A stretch of 64,000 bases of DNA from contig JAJNBJ010000002.1 in assembly GCA_021155965.1 (NCBI GenBank), positions 260,289 to 324,288 on the forward strand. Reading direction: 5' to 3'. Position 1 is the stretch's first letter, and each line of letters begins with the position of its first letter. Of the stretch, positions 47,279 through 56,583 are shown piece by piece. A program made the translations under genes and the position numbers. The notes below the pieces were generated by a model. The model saw only the letters and a program-made list of their open reading frames with translations. It was not told where the DNA came from and made no database searches. Source of the stretch: Flavipsychrobacter sp. Lineage in GTDB: Bacteria; Bacteroidota; Bacteroidia; Chitinophagales; Chitinophagaceae.

Positions 47279-49076
47279 AATGGTCAATTCTTCTTTACAT
47301 ACGTTCCATATTCCTGTGCTTGGTTTAAGCTATTCCATCGACACTCCGCTGAAGGTGGCACATTATGGCATATCATCAGTGGTTTCTATTATTGAAGACG
47401 GCCTGATAGAAAAAATGCGCGAGTACCATTGCGCACAATCAGGTGAGGAGTTTGTTCCCATTACTGTAAAAGATGAAGATTACCGTGCGCGGCGCGTTAC
47501 AGCCTACCTCAACCTTTTGGGTAGGCTTGTGAAACGCCAAACAGAGCAATTGAAAAACGAGGCTTTTGAACCAGGTGCAGATATAGTTAAGTATTTTGAG
47601 TTATTGCCGGATTCGCCCGGTGTAAAAGAACTATATCACGAAATGACGGACATGCAGGATGGCGCGCAGAAGACCGAATTGCAGGATGTGTTGCGCACAT
47701 ACATAAAACCCGGAAGTATAGATGTGAACATCATGGCAAAAGTAGACAACCTGAATTATGCAGGCGATGGCACTCCCCTTGCGCCTGAATATTCAGATGC
47801 CTTATCTGCATTCCGTGGATTTGCACGCAGCAGCATCAACTCATCTGTAGTGTTTTCTGCCGGCTATAACCCGCGGCTGTATAATTACGTCGAAACATTC
47901 AGCGATTTTTTCCCTGATCAAAATGGCAACCTGAACAAAAAAATCATCCTTAAAGTAAGCGACTTCCGGTCGGCGCTTATACAGGGCAAGATGCTTGCCA
48001 AAAAAGGCCTCTGGACATCGGAGTTCAGGATAGAGTCGGGGCTTAACTGTGGCGGGCATGCATTTGCTACCGAGGGAATGTTGCTCGGCCCCATTCTGGA
48101 GGAGTTTAAAAACAAGCGCCATGAGCTGGCGCGGGAGCTTTATGAAATGTGCAATACCGCCAATGCCGCAAAGGGCAATAATATTTTTCCGGTACAGCCA
48201 TACCTCCGCGTTACGGTGCAAGGCGGCATTGGCACATATAATGAAGACAATTTTTTAAGAGAATATTATCGGGTAGACGGCACTGGCTGGGGCAGTCCGT
48301 TCCTCCTGGTCCCCGAAGCCACTACTGTCGAGCCGGCTACACTTCGCCAGTTAGCCACTGCCCAAAAGAGTGACTATTTTTTAAGCGATGCATCTCCATT
48401 GGGTGTACCTTTTAATAACTTCAGGAGCAGTTCTGCAGAACAACAGCGAAAAAACAGGATGGCAAAAGGGCGGCCCGGCAGCCCGTGCTACAAAAAATTC
48501 CTCGCAACCGATACCGAGTTCACTTCCACACCTATATGCACGGCATCGCGCCAATACCAGGACCTGAAGATAAAGCAGTTGATGGATACCAATCTGCCAC
48601 TGGCAGAACAACAGGAAAAACTGCAGGCCATAACTGCAAAGGATTGCCTTTGCGAAGGCCTTACTGCATCTGCGTACCTCGCTAATGGCATGCCGCCGGA
48701 GCATAACCTCATGGCGGTTACTATATGCCCTGGCCCCAACCTTGCTTATTTCTCGGGCGTATTTTCCCTGTGCCAAATGGCTGGCCATATTTATGGCCGC
48801 ATCAACATCCTCAATGCACTTCCTCGCCCCAATATGTTCGTGAATGAAGCGCAGTTGTATATTGACTACCTGAAGAAGCAGGTAGAAAAAAATGTGCATT
48901 CCATGAACCTGAAGCAGAACAAATATCTCAATAGTTTTAAGGACAATTTGCTGAAAGGCATTGACTACTACAAAGCACTGCTGCCCCATCTTAAAAAAGA
49001 AACCGGTGCACACATCAGCGCAATGCTGTATCAGTTGGAAGGGCAAAAAATGATATTGGCTAAAGTAAGTATCTGA
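47279..49076 (+). CDS. Conserved hypothetical 599-aa protein (possible TIM-barrel flavoenzyme-like core)
   Basis: Start set at ATG 47279 (MVNSSLHTFHIPVLGLSYSIDTPLK..) because the ORF part upstream (46854-47278) overlaps the opposite-strand gene; contains ESGLNCGGHAF. Confidence 0.65.
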
Positions 49077-49197
49077 TCAGGAGCCCCCAACTTTGCTTTA
49101 TTTTTAAAATTTGCAGAGCTAGGGAATAGTATGATGTGCGGAGATCGTCTTTTTTAGTACACCGGGCAACAGCATTACTTCATCACCACCAGCTTTT

Positions 49198-49599
49198 TCA
49201 CTGGCGGGTCTGCAGTAGTTCGCCTGCAAGCTCACCGGTGTTTATAGATGGGCGCGGACGCATGCCGCGGGCACTTATTTCCTTTATCTTCCTGAATATT
49301 ATATTCTCTGCCGGCTATCTCTATTTTTTGTTTATGCACTATATCACTCCACGGCTCAGTTTGTTGAGCAGGACAACATATGCTGCGCGCGCGCCCACCG
49401 GCAGCGCACTGATGATGGTCGGCTGTATGGTAGGGTATAATTTACTGTCATGCCATTCTATTTTGCCGTCCCATTTATCCTGCAGCTCTGGCGCCATGCG
49501 TGCCATTATTTTATGGAATGACGAATCGAACCGGTTTCTTAATTCTGTGGTGAGCATAGCTTTTGTGTTTGGGAATGGCGTGAAAAATACCTGTATCAA
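49198..49599 (-). pseudogene. Possible disrupted small gene
   Basis: The 86-aa ORF (49339-49599) stops at TAG. Protein-like reading resumes in the same and a shifted frame (..IEIAGREYNIQ.. / ..FRKIKEISARGMRPRPSINTGELAGELLQTRQ*), with three in-frame stops within 12 codons. Confidence 0.3.
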
Positions 49600-49678
49600 A
49601 TGAAGTTAGGCTTATTATACCCTTCAACCTAATATTTTATCACAAAAAAATATAAAAATTTTTCTTAAAATAAATCCG

Positions 49679-49686
49679 TATCTTTG
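49679..49686 (+). promoter_or_regulatory. -7 promoter box TATCTTTG for second csp gene
   Basis: TAnnTTTG consensus 27 nt upstream of ATG 49714; the upstream tcttaaaata word is shared with the first csp promoter. Confidence 0.5.
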
Positions 49687-49713
49687 CTTTTTATAATTAA
49701 ACAATTAAATACA

Positions 49714-49905
49714 ATGCAAGAAGGAACAGTAAAGTTTTTCAATAACACCAAAGGATTTGGTTTTATTACCCCGCAGTCGGGCAGCGAAGATATCTTTGTA
49801 CACGTTAGCGGCCTCCGCGATGAGATCCGTGACAACGACAAAGTATCTTTCGAAGTAGAAAATGGTAAAAAAGGTTTAAACGCAGTTAACGTAAAGGTTA
49901 TCTAA
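49714..49905 (+). CDS. Cold-shock protein (CspA family), paralogue of 17745-17936
   Basis: 63 aa from ATG 49714 (MQEGTVKFFNNTKGFGFI...DIFVHVS). Confidence 0.93.
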   Translation: MQEGTVKFFNNTKGFGFITPQSGSEDIFVHVSGLRDEIRDNDKVSFEVENGKKGLNAVNVKVI

Positions 49906-49929
49906 ACTTATTCATATTTCATCATTGAG

Positions 49930-49954
49930 GCCCCTCGTACGAGGGGCTTTTTTT
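49930..49954 (+). terminator. Intrinsic terminator after csp
   Basis: gcccctc gtac gaggggc followed by TTTTTTT. Confidence 0.8.
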
Positions 49955-49996
49955 ATTCTCGTTTTTTTTAACAAAGAAACTTGTAGATTTAAATAA

Positions 49997-50458
49997 ATGA
50001 ACCGCCGCAGGTACCTGATATTGTTCTTGGGTTTTGCCCTGATATGGGGCATATATTTTGGTGTGAGGGTGTATCAATACCGCACAGGCGAAATTGCTGA
50101 GGGTACAATAGAGAGAATATCACAACAGGAGTTTGTTGTTAACATCTCTTCAAGAAGACTTGGCGGAACTGGGCCCTACAAAAGCATATATCCATGCCCT
50201 GAGATACGGTTCTTTTATAAACTACCCGGAACGGCTGATGGTGACTTGTACATTGTTCGCCCCCGGGCATTGGCATTTAAAGAATATATACCGGGCGAGA
50301 AAGCCAGTGTCATATTTCCCAAAGGCTGGCCCGAGGCTGCAACCATCTATTCTTTCAGCGAGTTCTGGTGCACCACACCTTACATGATCATGCTGGGTGT
50401 TATAACACTCTTCTGGTCTATAGGTTTTTTTGTAGTTGTGTTTAAGCCGTGGGGGTAA
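49997..50458 (+). CDS. Hypothetical membrane protein (N- and C-terminal TM helices)
   Basis: 153 aa; TM helix near residues 5-25 and 125-150; DUF3592-like topology (tentative). Confidence 0.5.
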   Translation: MNRRRYLILFLGFALIWGIYFGVRVYQYRTGEIAEGTIERISQQEFVVNISSRRLGGTGPYKSIYPCPEIRFFYKLPGTADGDLYIVRPRALAFKEYIPGEKASVIFPKGWPEAATIYSFSEFWCTTPYMIMLGVITLFWSIGFFVVVFKPWG

Positions 50459-50468
50459 TGCCCCACCA

Positions 50469-52487
50469 TTACCGCATCACTGATAGCTTCCGGTTCATAA
50501 CCAGCTCCCCGGTTACTATTCTTAACTGGTACAATCCCTGTGTCATCATTGCAACAGGAATGGTCGTACTGCTTCCTGATAATGGATATGTGGCCATCAG
50601 CCTCCCTGCCATGTCATACAGTTCCGCATTAGCGCCGGGCGAGAATCCCGTACCGCAATATATCATACATTCAGCAGCACATGGATTTGGATATACATCC
50701 ACCATATGGTTAGCCGGCACTACACTTGTTGCCGCTATCGAATCACACTGGTACACTTCATACACCCTTACTACATGCCTTCCTATCCTGTAACCGCACA
50801 TATTCGTTGTGGTGTATAATACAGTGTCTGTTCCGGCAGTTAACGCAGTGATCAAACTATCAGCAACGCCAACATTACCCAGGGCGCCGCTCCATACGCC
50901 GCCTGTAGTGGTTACAGTTAGTGTATATACCGATCCGATACACAATACATACTCACCGCTGATAATACCCATTACAGGTAATGGGTTAACAGTAATCGGG
51001 TAGGTGGCAGCTGTGGTGCCGCATGAGTTTGTAACAGTATAAGATATCGTAGTTGTGCCCTGCCAAAGTCCCACAACATTCCCTCCCGAAACACTTGCCG
51101 TACCGGTGGTGCTTACACCCCAGGTGCCCCCCGTTGCGGGAGTAGTAAGCGTTATGCTGGAGCCTACACAAACACTTGTTGGCCCGCTTATGGTTCCTGC
51201 ATAGGGCAGCGGGTTCACATTTATGGTGGCTGTTGCCTTTACACCACCTGCCGAATAGGTGACAGTGGTAACCCCTGCAGAGACCGCCGTGATCAGCCCG
51301 GTTGCAGAACCTATTGTTGCAATTGCCGAGGATCCCGTGCTCCACACACCACCCCATCCGTTGGTTTTGAATGTTGCCGTATCGCCTACGCAAAAAATAT
51401 CCTGTCCGTAAACACCGCTTACTTTTCGCACACGGTTCACCCAAACTGTTAGATACACATTGCCTGCGGCATCTATCTCCACAGCGCGGGGACTCTCCAA
51501 TTCTGCAGCGGTTGCCGGCCCGCCATCGCCGCCGGGTCCCGACCAGCCATTACCTGCAAAAGTGGTAATAATGCCTGCGGGGCTTACTCTCCGTACACGG
51601 TTGTTGTAAGTATCTGCTATGTAAACATTGCCTGACGGGTCTGATGCTACACAATTCGGGTAGCCAAGGTTTGCCACCGACGCCGGGCCGCCATCGCCAC
51701 TAAAGCCTATTGTGCCGGTGCCTGCCAGGGTTGTAATAATGCCTGCTGCATTTATTTTTCGTATGCGGTGATTATTTACATCTGCTACGTACACATTCCC
51801 GCTGCCATCTACTGCCACACTGTTGATACCATCAAACGATGCCGCTGTTGCCGGCCCGCCATCACCACTGAAACCGGTAGCACCGTTTCCCGCAATCGTG
51901 GACACTATCCCCATGGTATTTATTTTCCTGATCCGAACATTATAATAGTCGCCCATATAAATGTTACCGGCTGTATCCACTGCCACACAGTTGATACCAC
52001 CGAAAGCAGCAGCCGTAGCAGGCCCGCCATCTCCCGCAAACCCGCCTGCCGGCCCGGCAATAGTATTGATCATACCGGCAAGGTTTATCTTCCTCAACCT
52101 GCTGTTCATAAAGTCCGTTATATATACATTACCTGCAGCATCAGCCGCCACACTGCGGCCATCGTTTATCAATGCCGCCGATGCAGGCCCGCCATCACCG
52201 CTATAGCCTCCAAAGCCTCCGCCTGTTACCGTCGTCATGATATTCGCTGCATTTACCTTCCTTACACGGTAATTGTACTTGTCAGCTATATATACGTTCC
52301 CATTGCCATCGGCAGCTATATCCGTCGGATCGTTCAACCCAGCGGCGGTTGCAGGACCGCCATCTCCACCCGAGGTTGTCGTTACACTTCCTGCAAACCA
52401 GGTGATGATTTGCGCACGCAACTGCAGGGAACCGATAAACATAAATAAACAACAAAAGAATAAGCGGCTAAGGTTGGGCATGTTCAT
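50469..52487 (-). CDS. NHL-repeat T9SS-sorted protein with three Ig-like modules
   Basis: 672 aa; signal peptide; six-plus units GDGGPAT.A.L..P..VA.D..GNVYIAD..N.R.RK; three GG.W-type Ig-like modules as in the giant adhesin; C-terminal VYPNP...GLYQLRIV sorting domain. Confidence 0.88.
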   Translation of the reverse strand: MNMPNLSRLFFCCLFMFIGSLQLRAQIITWFAGSVTTTSGGDGGPATAAGLNDPTDIAADGNGNVYIADKYNYRVRKVNAANIMTTVTGGGFGGYSGDGGPASAALINDGRSVAADAAGNVYITDFMNSRLRKINLAGMINTIAGPAGGFAGDGGPATAAAFGGINCVAVDTAGNIYMGDYYNVRIRKINTMGIVSTIAGNGATGFSGDGGPATAASFDGINSVAVDGSGNVYVADVNNHRIRKINAAGIITTLAGTGTIGFSGDGGPASVANLGYPNCVASDPSGNVYIADTYNNRVRRVSPAGIITTFAGNGWSGPGGDGGPATAAELESPRAVEIDAAGNVYLTVWVNRVRKVSGVYGQDIFCVGDTATFKTNGWGGVWSTGSSAIATIGSATGLITAVSAGVTTVTYSAGGVKATATINVNPLPYAGTISGPTSVCVGSSITLTTPATGGTWGVSTTGTASVSGGNVVGLWQGTTTISYTVTNSCGTTAATYPITVNPLPVMGIISGEYVLCIGSVYTLTVTTTGGVWSGALGNVGVADSLITALTAGTDTVLYTTTNMCGYRIGRHVVRVYEVYQCDSIAATSVVPANHMVDVYPNPCAAECMIYCGTGFSPGANAELYDMAGRLMATYPLSGSSTTIPVAMMTQGLYQLRIVTGELVMNRKLSVMR

Positions 52488-52599
52488 AATACAGATAATT
52501 TATAATTGCAAAGATACGTAATAGTGGCATTCCCTTTTTATAGAACTAAGGGCAACACGGGGACTGCCCATCAAACCAATTAAAGAATAAGCGGTATTT

Positions 52600-54315
52600 T
52601 TGCAAATCGAACAAAACCAAGAACTTTTGCCGGAAAATAGTCAAAATAGGATATCCTATTTTTCTGATAGATCGATAAATGAGATTGCATTACCCGAACG
52701 GTTTACTTTTCCTTTTTATTACGAGCCACATCAGTTAACAAAAATAGCTGCTGCCGAACTGCAGCATTACCTGGAAACCCACACCGACCTCGATCACAAT
52801 TTTGGACTAACTGCCGATAAGGATGGACTGGTCATCGGGAAAATGTTTGGCGTTTTAGTAGTAAAAGATACCGAAGGGAAGCTGGGCTACCTCTCCGCAT
52901 TCTCCGGTAAGCTTGCAGGCACAAATGATCACCCCAAATTTGTGCCACCCGTTTTTGATATGCTGGTTGAGAACAGCTTCTTCCTCAAAGAGCAGGAGAT
53001 CATCAACACCATTAATGCCCGCATCGACGAAATATTGGGCGACGGGAATTACCAGCAACTGAAACTGGATGTGGAGCGATTATCCGCTCAGTCCTCGCAG
53101 GAAATAGCAACGCTGAAAGATCAGCAAAAGAACAATAAAGAAACGCGGCATAAGCTTCGCGAAGAACAAAAGAACATACTGAATGAGCAGTACTATGCTG
53201 AACTTGAAGCAGGCCTTGTTGAACAAAGCCTGTACGATCACTTTCAGCTTAAGGACCTTAAAAGAAACTGGAAAATGCTGCTGGAAGAAAAACGATCGGC
53301 ATTAGCACAATTTGAGGATAGTGTAGAAGCATTAAAGAACGAACGGAAAGAAAGATCAGCCGCATTGCAGCGGCAGCTTTTTGAACAGTATGTATTTTTG
53401 AACAAAGACGGTAAAACCAAAAGCTTACACGAAATTTTCAGCCAGACCGCTTTTGGCAAGCCGCCATCAGCAGCAGGCGAATGTGCAACACCCAAACTAT
53501 TGCAATTTGCATTTGCAAACGGCTACCAGCCTATTGCCATGGCAGAGTTTTGGTGGGGCGCTGCACCAAGATCCGAGATAAGGAAGCACAAACAATTTTA
53601 CCCGGCATGCACCGGTAAGTGCAAGCCTATCCTGGCGCATATGCTTGATGGCATGCTTGTTGATGAAAACCCATTTTTGCAGGCGGAGGAACAATGTAAC
53701 CAACTCGACATAATTTATGAAGATGAAAGTTTTGTTGTGGTCAATAAGCCGGCCGGGCTGCGCTCTGTGCCGGGAGTGGACATACAGGATTCGGTTTATA
53801 CGCGGTTGAAGCAGGTGCTGGTAAATACAGAACCTCTTATTGTTCACCGGCTGGACATGGGCACTTCGGGACTTTTGGTAGTGGCCAAAACAAGGGGAGC
53901 ACATAAGCACATTCAAAAACAATTTTTGGCGCGCACTGTGCGCAAGCGCTATACTGCCCTCCTCTCTAAGCTGATCGGCCCGGAGGAAGGCGTGATCGAT
54001 CTTCCCCTGTGTGGTGATGTCCTGAACCGGCCAAGGCAGATGGTGAGTTTTGATGAAGGGAAAAAAAGCACCACCAGGTGGAAAGTGACCGAGAGATACG
54101 AAACAACGACCAAGGTAGCTTTTTGGCCGCTTACCGGCCGAAGCCACCAGTTGCGCGTACATTCGGCGCATGAGCTGGGGCTTAATGCGCCCATTGTTGG
54201 CGATGATATTTATGGCACGCCATCTGGCAGGATGTACCTGCATGCCGCCTATCTTGAATTTATGCACCCTATAACGAAAGAGACGGTCAGCTTTGAGATT
54301 GCTGAAGATTTTTAG
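52600..54315 (+). CDS. RluA-family pseudouridine synthase with N-terminal extension of about 350 aa
   Basis: C-terminal FVVVNKPAGLRSVPG...HRLDMGTSGLLVVAK (catalytic Asp motif). The ORF opens with TTG at 52600, which overlaps a TATTTTTG -7-like box (52595-52602), so the true start is uncertain. Confidence 0.8.
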   Translation: MQIEQNQELLPENSQNRISYFSDRSINEIALPERFTFPFYYEPHQLTKIAAAELQHYLETHTDLDHNFGLTADKDGLVIGKMFGVLVVKDTEGKLGYLSAFSGKLAGTNDHPKFVPPVFDMLVENSFFLKEQEIINTINARIDEILGDGNYQQLKLDVERLSAQSSQEIATLKDQQKNNKETRHKLREEQKNILNEQYYAELEAGLVEQSLYDHFQLKDLKRNWKMLLEEKRSALAQFEDSVEALKNERKERSAALQRQLFEQYVFLNKDGKTKSLHEIFSQTAFGKPPSAAGECATPKLLQFAFANGYQPIAMAEFWWGAAPRSEIRKHKQFYPACTGKCKPILAHMLDGMLVDENPFLQAEEQCNQLDIIYEDESFVVVNKPAGLRSVPGVDIQDSVYTRLKQVLVNTEPLIVHRLDMGTSGLLVVAKTRGAHKHIQKQFLARTVRKRYTALLSKLIGPEEGVIDLPLCGDVLNRPRQMVSFDEGKKSTTRWKVTERYETTTKVAFWPLTGRSHQLRVHSAHELGLNAPIVGDDIYGTPSGRMYLHAAYLEFMHPITKETVSFEIAEDF

Positions 54316-54366
54316 TCTCAGTTTATCTCTCTAATTTTAGCGCTACCAATCAGAGAAACATAGAAA

Positions 54367-55035
54367 ATGTACAACTTCTCCTACTTTAAAGAAAAAGACA
54401 AGCAGGCCATTTTAGGACTCATAGCAGAATACCCGTTTGCATTTATGACAGGCAGCTATTTATCCGGGGTACAGGTTGCAACACAAATACCTGTACTGAT
54501 GGAAGAAAGAAATGGCGAACTGTTTTTGCAGGGGCACATTATGCGCAATACCGACCACCATAAAGCTTTCATGCAAAACCCCAATGCCTTGCTGGTGTTT
54601 ACAGGGCCGGGTTGTTATGTGAGTGCTTCGTGGTACAGCAACCCGCAGATTGGCTCTACGTGGAATTATATGAGTGTGCATATAGGCGGACAAATACGGT
54701 TTATGACTGATGATGAATTGATACAGTTCATGCGGAAGCTGACATTGAAGTTTGAAAAAGGTAATACACGATCACAAACGATATACGATAATTTGCCGGA
54801 TGGTTTTTTAAGTAAGATGATGCCTGCCATTGTTGGTTTTGAAATTAAAGCTGATAACATAGAGAACGTTTTTAAGCTGAGCCAGAACAGGGATGAAAAA
54901 AGTTACCTGAATATAATTGCAAAACTGGAGGAGCAGGGAGGCAGCGCTGCCCTGGTAGCTGCAGAAATGAAAAAGAGACAAGCTGCATTATTCCCTCCCG
55001 GGGTTGAATGGGATGGTTCGAAATTTGATTCATAA
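54367..55035 (+). CDS. FMN-binding negative transcriptional regulator (PaiB family)
   Basis: 222 aa; FAFMTGSY...HIMRNTDHHKAF...YVSASWY...WNYMSVHI..KLSQNR pattern of the PaiB family. Confidence 0.8.
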   Translation: MYNFSYFKEKDKQAILGLIAEYPFAFMTGSYLSGVQVATQIPVLMEERNGELFLQGHIMRNTDHHKAFMQNPNALLVFTGPGCYVSASWYSNPQIGSTWNYMSVHIGGQIRFMTDDELIQFMRKLTLKFEKGNTRSQTIYDNLPDGFLSKMMPAIVGFEIKADNIENVFKLSQNRDEKSYLNIIAKLEEQGGSAALVAAEMKKRQAALFPPGVEWDGSKFDS

Positions 55036-55089
55036 AGAAGGGTGCGGGTATAATATACCCGGATGTGCCCATTTGCGGTTAATAATTTT

Positions 55090-55220
55090 TAGCGGTGCGG
55101 GTGAAATGCGCTATGGGCGCTATTATGTGTTTTTATTTCCAGGTATAAACGGGTATAAAAGGGTATAATTATACCCCCAAAAGGTATATTTATACCCTGT
55201 TTAGGTATATTATACCCTGT
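55090..55220. repeat. Module B, copy 2 (inverted relative to 9030-9160), with GGTATA..TATACC palindrome array
   Basis: The reverse complement of 55142-55220 aligns with 9031-9112; the central 45 bp (ccttttgggggtata..tatacccttttataccc.tttatacctg) differ at 2 positions by hand count. Homology continues through acacataa..gc.cccatagcgc.tttc.cc. Confidence 0.8.
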
Positions 55221-55332
55221 CTTTTGATAATTTTTTTCACCTCGCTTTGCTGAGTATCCGCAAGCGAGAAAGTAAAGTTCTTTCGCCTGTTGTTTCTTAT
55301 CGTTATTCATAATAATGGGGCTTTTATCCTGC

Positions 55333-55438
55333 AAAGTTCTTAAGGGTTTTTGTGGTGGAAAAATATAATTTCCATGACGGTACAGTTTCTGTACCGTGAC
55401 GGTACAGTTTCAGTACCGTCATGGTAAAAAGTTTTTGG
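55333..55438. repeat. Left inverted repeat (IR-L) of islet 3
   Basis: aaagttcttaagggtttttgtggtggaaaaatataatttccatgacggtacagtttctgtaccgtgacgg + extra ggtacagtttcagtaccgtcatgg copy + gtttttgg; 57 of 70 aligned positions match the rc of 58760-58829. Confidence 0.8.
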
Positions 55439-55731
55439 CTATCAGAGCGGGTTTGGGCTGATTTGAGGGTGTTTTTACAGGGGGTGCTTTTTTGATCAGG
55501 AGTTGCAGAATTAAAGAATAGTTCGGCAAGCTCACTACAGGATATTCGAGTGTACTGTCTGAACTAAGATCAATAGGATTTGCAGATGGGTAAGATGCGC
55601 GAGTGTGATTCGCCAGTCGGGAGACTGGCATCCTTGTTTAGGCGTAGATAAATCTACACCCATCACTCCTTTTTATTTTTTGTTTTTATTGGAACACTAG
55701 GGACAACTGGGGAAAACACTTGCGGGGAGAG

Positions 55732-56058
55732 CTACTTTAACTTATAAAAACGATAACGAAGGTACCTTTGTTTATTTCGTTTTAGCCAATGATAGTATGA
55801 AGTGACGAATGAAATATTCAGAATCACAAACATTATATAGTTGGATATGATTGCTTGCTCCCCAACTACCATTAATACTGTACCTATAATTAGAAGGCTT
55901 GTACCACCAACCAATAACTCTAACATGGTTTGATTCTTTATCGCTTTAGAAAACCATTTACCGATTAATGGGATACCCTTGTTGCAGCACCAAACTATTA
56001 ATGCTGCTAGCAATGTACTTATGAGTCCTTCTAAAATGTTATTAATGTTTAAACTCAT
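55732..56058 (-). CDS. Small integral membrane protein (3 predicted TM helices)
   Basis: 108 aa; hydrophobic stretches LISTLLAALIVWCC, LLVGGTSLLIIGTVLMVVG, IMFVILNISFVTSYY; basic C-terminal tail. Confidence 0.5.
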   Translation of the reverse strand: MSLNINNILEGLISTLLAALIVWCCNKGIPLIGKWFSKAIKNQTMLELLVGGTSLLIIGTVLMVVGEQAIISNYIMFVILNISFVTSYYHWLKRNKQRYLRYRFYKLK

Positions 56059-56085
56059 GGCATATAAAGTTATGCATTTTTAGAA

Positions 56086-56361
56086 CTACGGACAACTAAG
56101 ATCTATAGGATTTGCAGATGGGGAATTCAACGCAATAGTTTGTTCGTCGATTTGTGTAAACAGATATTTATACGCGCCTTTAGCTTTGGTAGAACGCAGC
56201 ATTACCTGCGTAGCCAAATCAACACCACCTTTGCGAATAGGATAAAGTCCACGTTTCTCAATAAAATTTGCTATTTCGTCAAATGTTGCAGCAAAAGTAT
56301 TTTTATTGATATTGATCAATGCTATTACAATTGCTTCGTGCAACGATAAAACGTTCTTCAT
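56086..56361 (-). CDS. Small winged-helix-like protein (Mrr_N/HARE-HTH-like)
   Basis: 91 aa; LSLHEAIVIALININKNTFAATFDEIANFIEKRGLY pattern resembles N-terminal wHTH domains of restriction-system proteins; its last 10 codons lie in a duplicated 29-bp segment. Confidence 0.5.
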   Translation of the reverse strand: MKNVLSLHEAIVIALININKNTFAATFDEIANFIEKRGLYPIRKGGVDLATQVMLRSTKAKGAYKYLFTQIDEQTIALNSPSANPIDLSCP

Positions 56362-56583
56362 AATCTAGAATTTATGCTTTCCTGCACACTTGCAAACGCT
56401 GTACCAATTGGTTTTTTAGAACACTACGGACAACTGGGTGGTACCAGTCTTATTTCGAAATTGGTAAAGAGCGTGGGTGGATCATCAATGAACTGAATAA
56501 GCTCCCAAAATATATAGCTGCCTAAATATGCTGCACTCGCGTTGCAAACGCTGCGCTAAGGCATCCTCGTTGCAAACGAAGCG

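Noticed and set aside
48381-49046. 221-aa minus-strand ORF inside 47279-49076, and the 226-aa plus-strand ORF 51768-52448 inside the NHL gene
   Set aside because: Both are antisense to longer ORFs with clear repeat or motif structure, so I treat them as shadow ORFs.
49136-49603. 155-aa plus-strand ORF
   Set aside because: It is antisense to the more protein-like (though disrupted) minus-strand reading, and its Ser/Leu/Cys-rich product has no motif.
53497-54267. 256-aa minus-strand ORF antisense to the RluA-family gene
   Set aside because: The plus strand carries the catalytic HRLD pseudouridine-synthase motif, and the antisense ORF is compositionally odd.
55089-55334. 81-aa minus-strand ORF across the palindrome array
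   Set aside because: Most of its length is a translation of the GGTATA repeats (..GYNIPKQGINIPFGGIIIPFYT..). Only the first 30 or so codons (MNNDKKQQAKELYFLACGYSAKR..) look protein-like, faintly resembling the start of small phage/ICE HTH proteins. That stretch may be a gene remnant truncated by the array, but I cannot support it as a live gene.
55419-55631. 70-aa minus-strand ORF in the left part of islet 3
   Set aside because: It runs through IR-L and the duplicated 29-bp segment (hence the SANPIDLS match to the wHTH protein C-terminus) and has no start context. It is likely non-coding.
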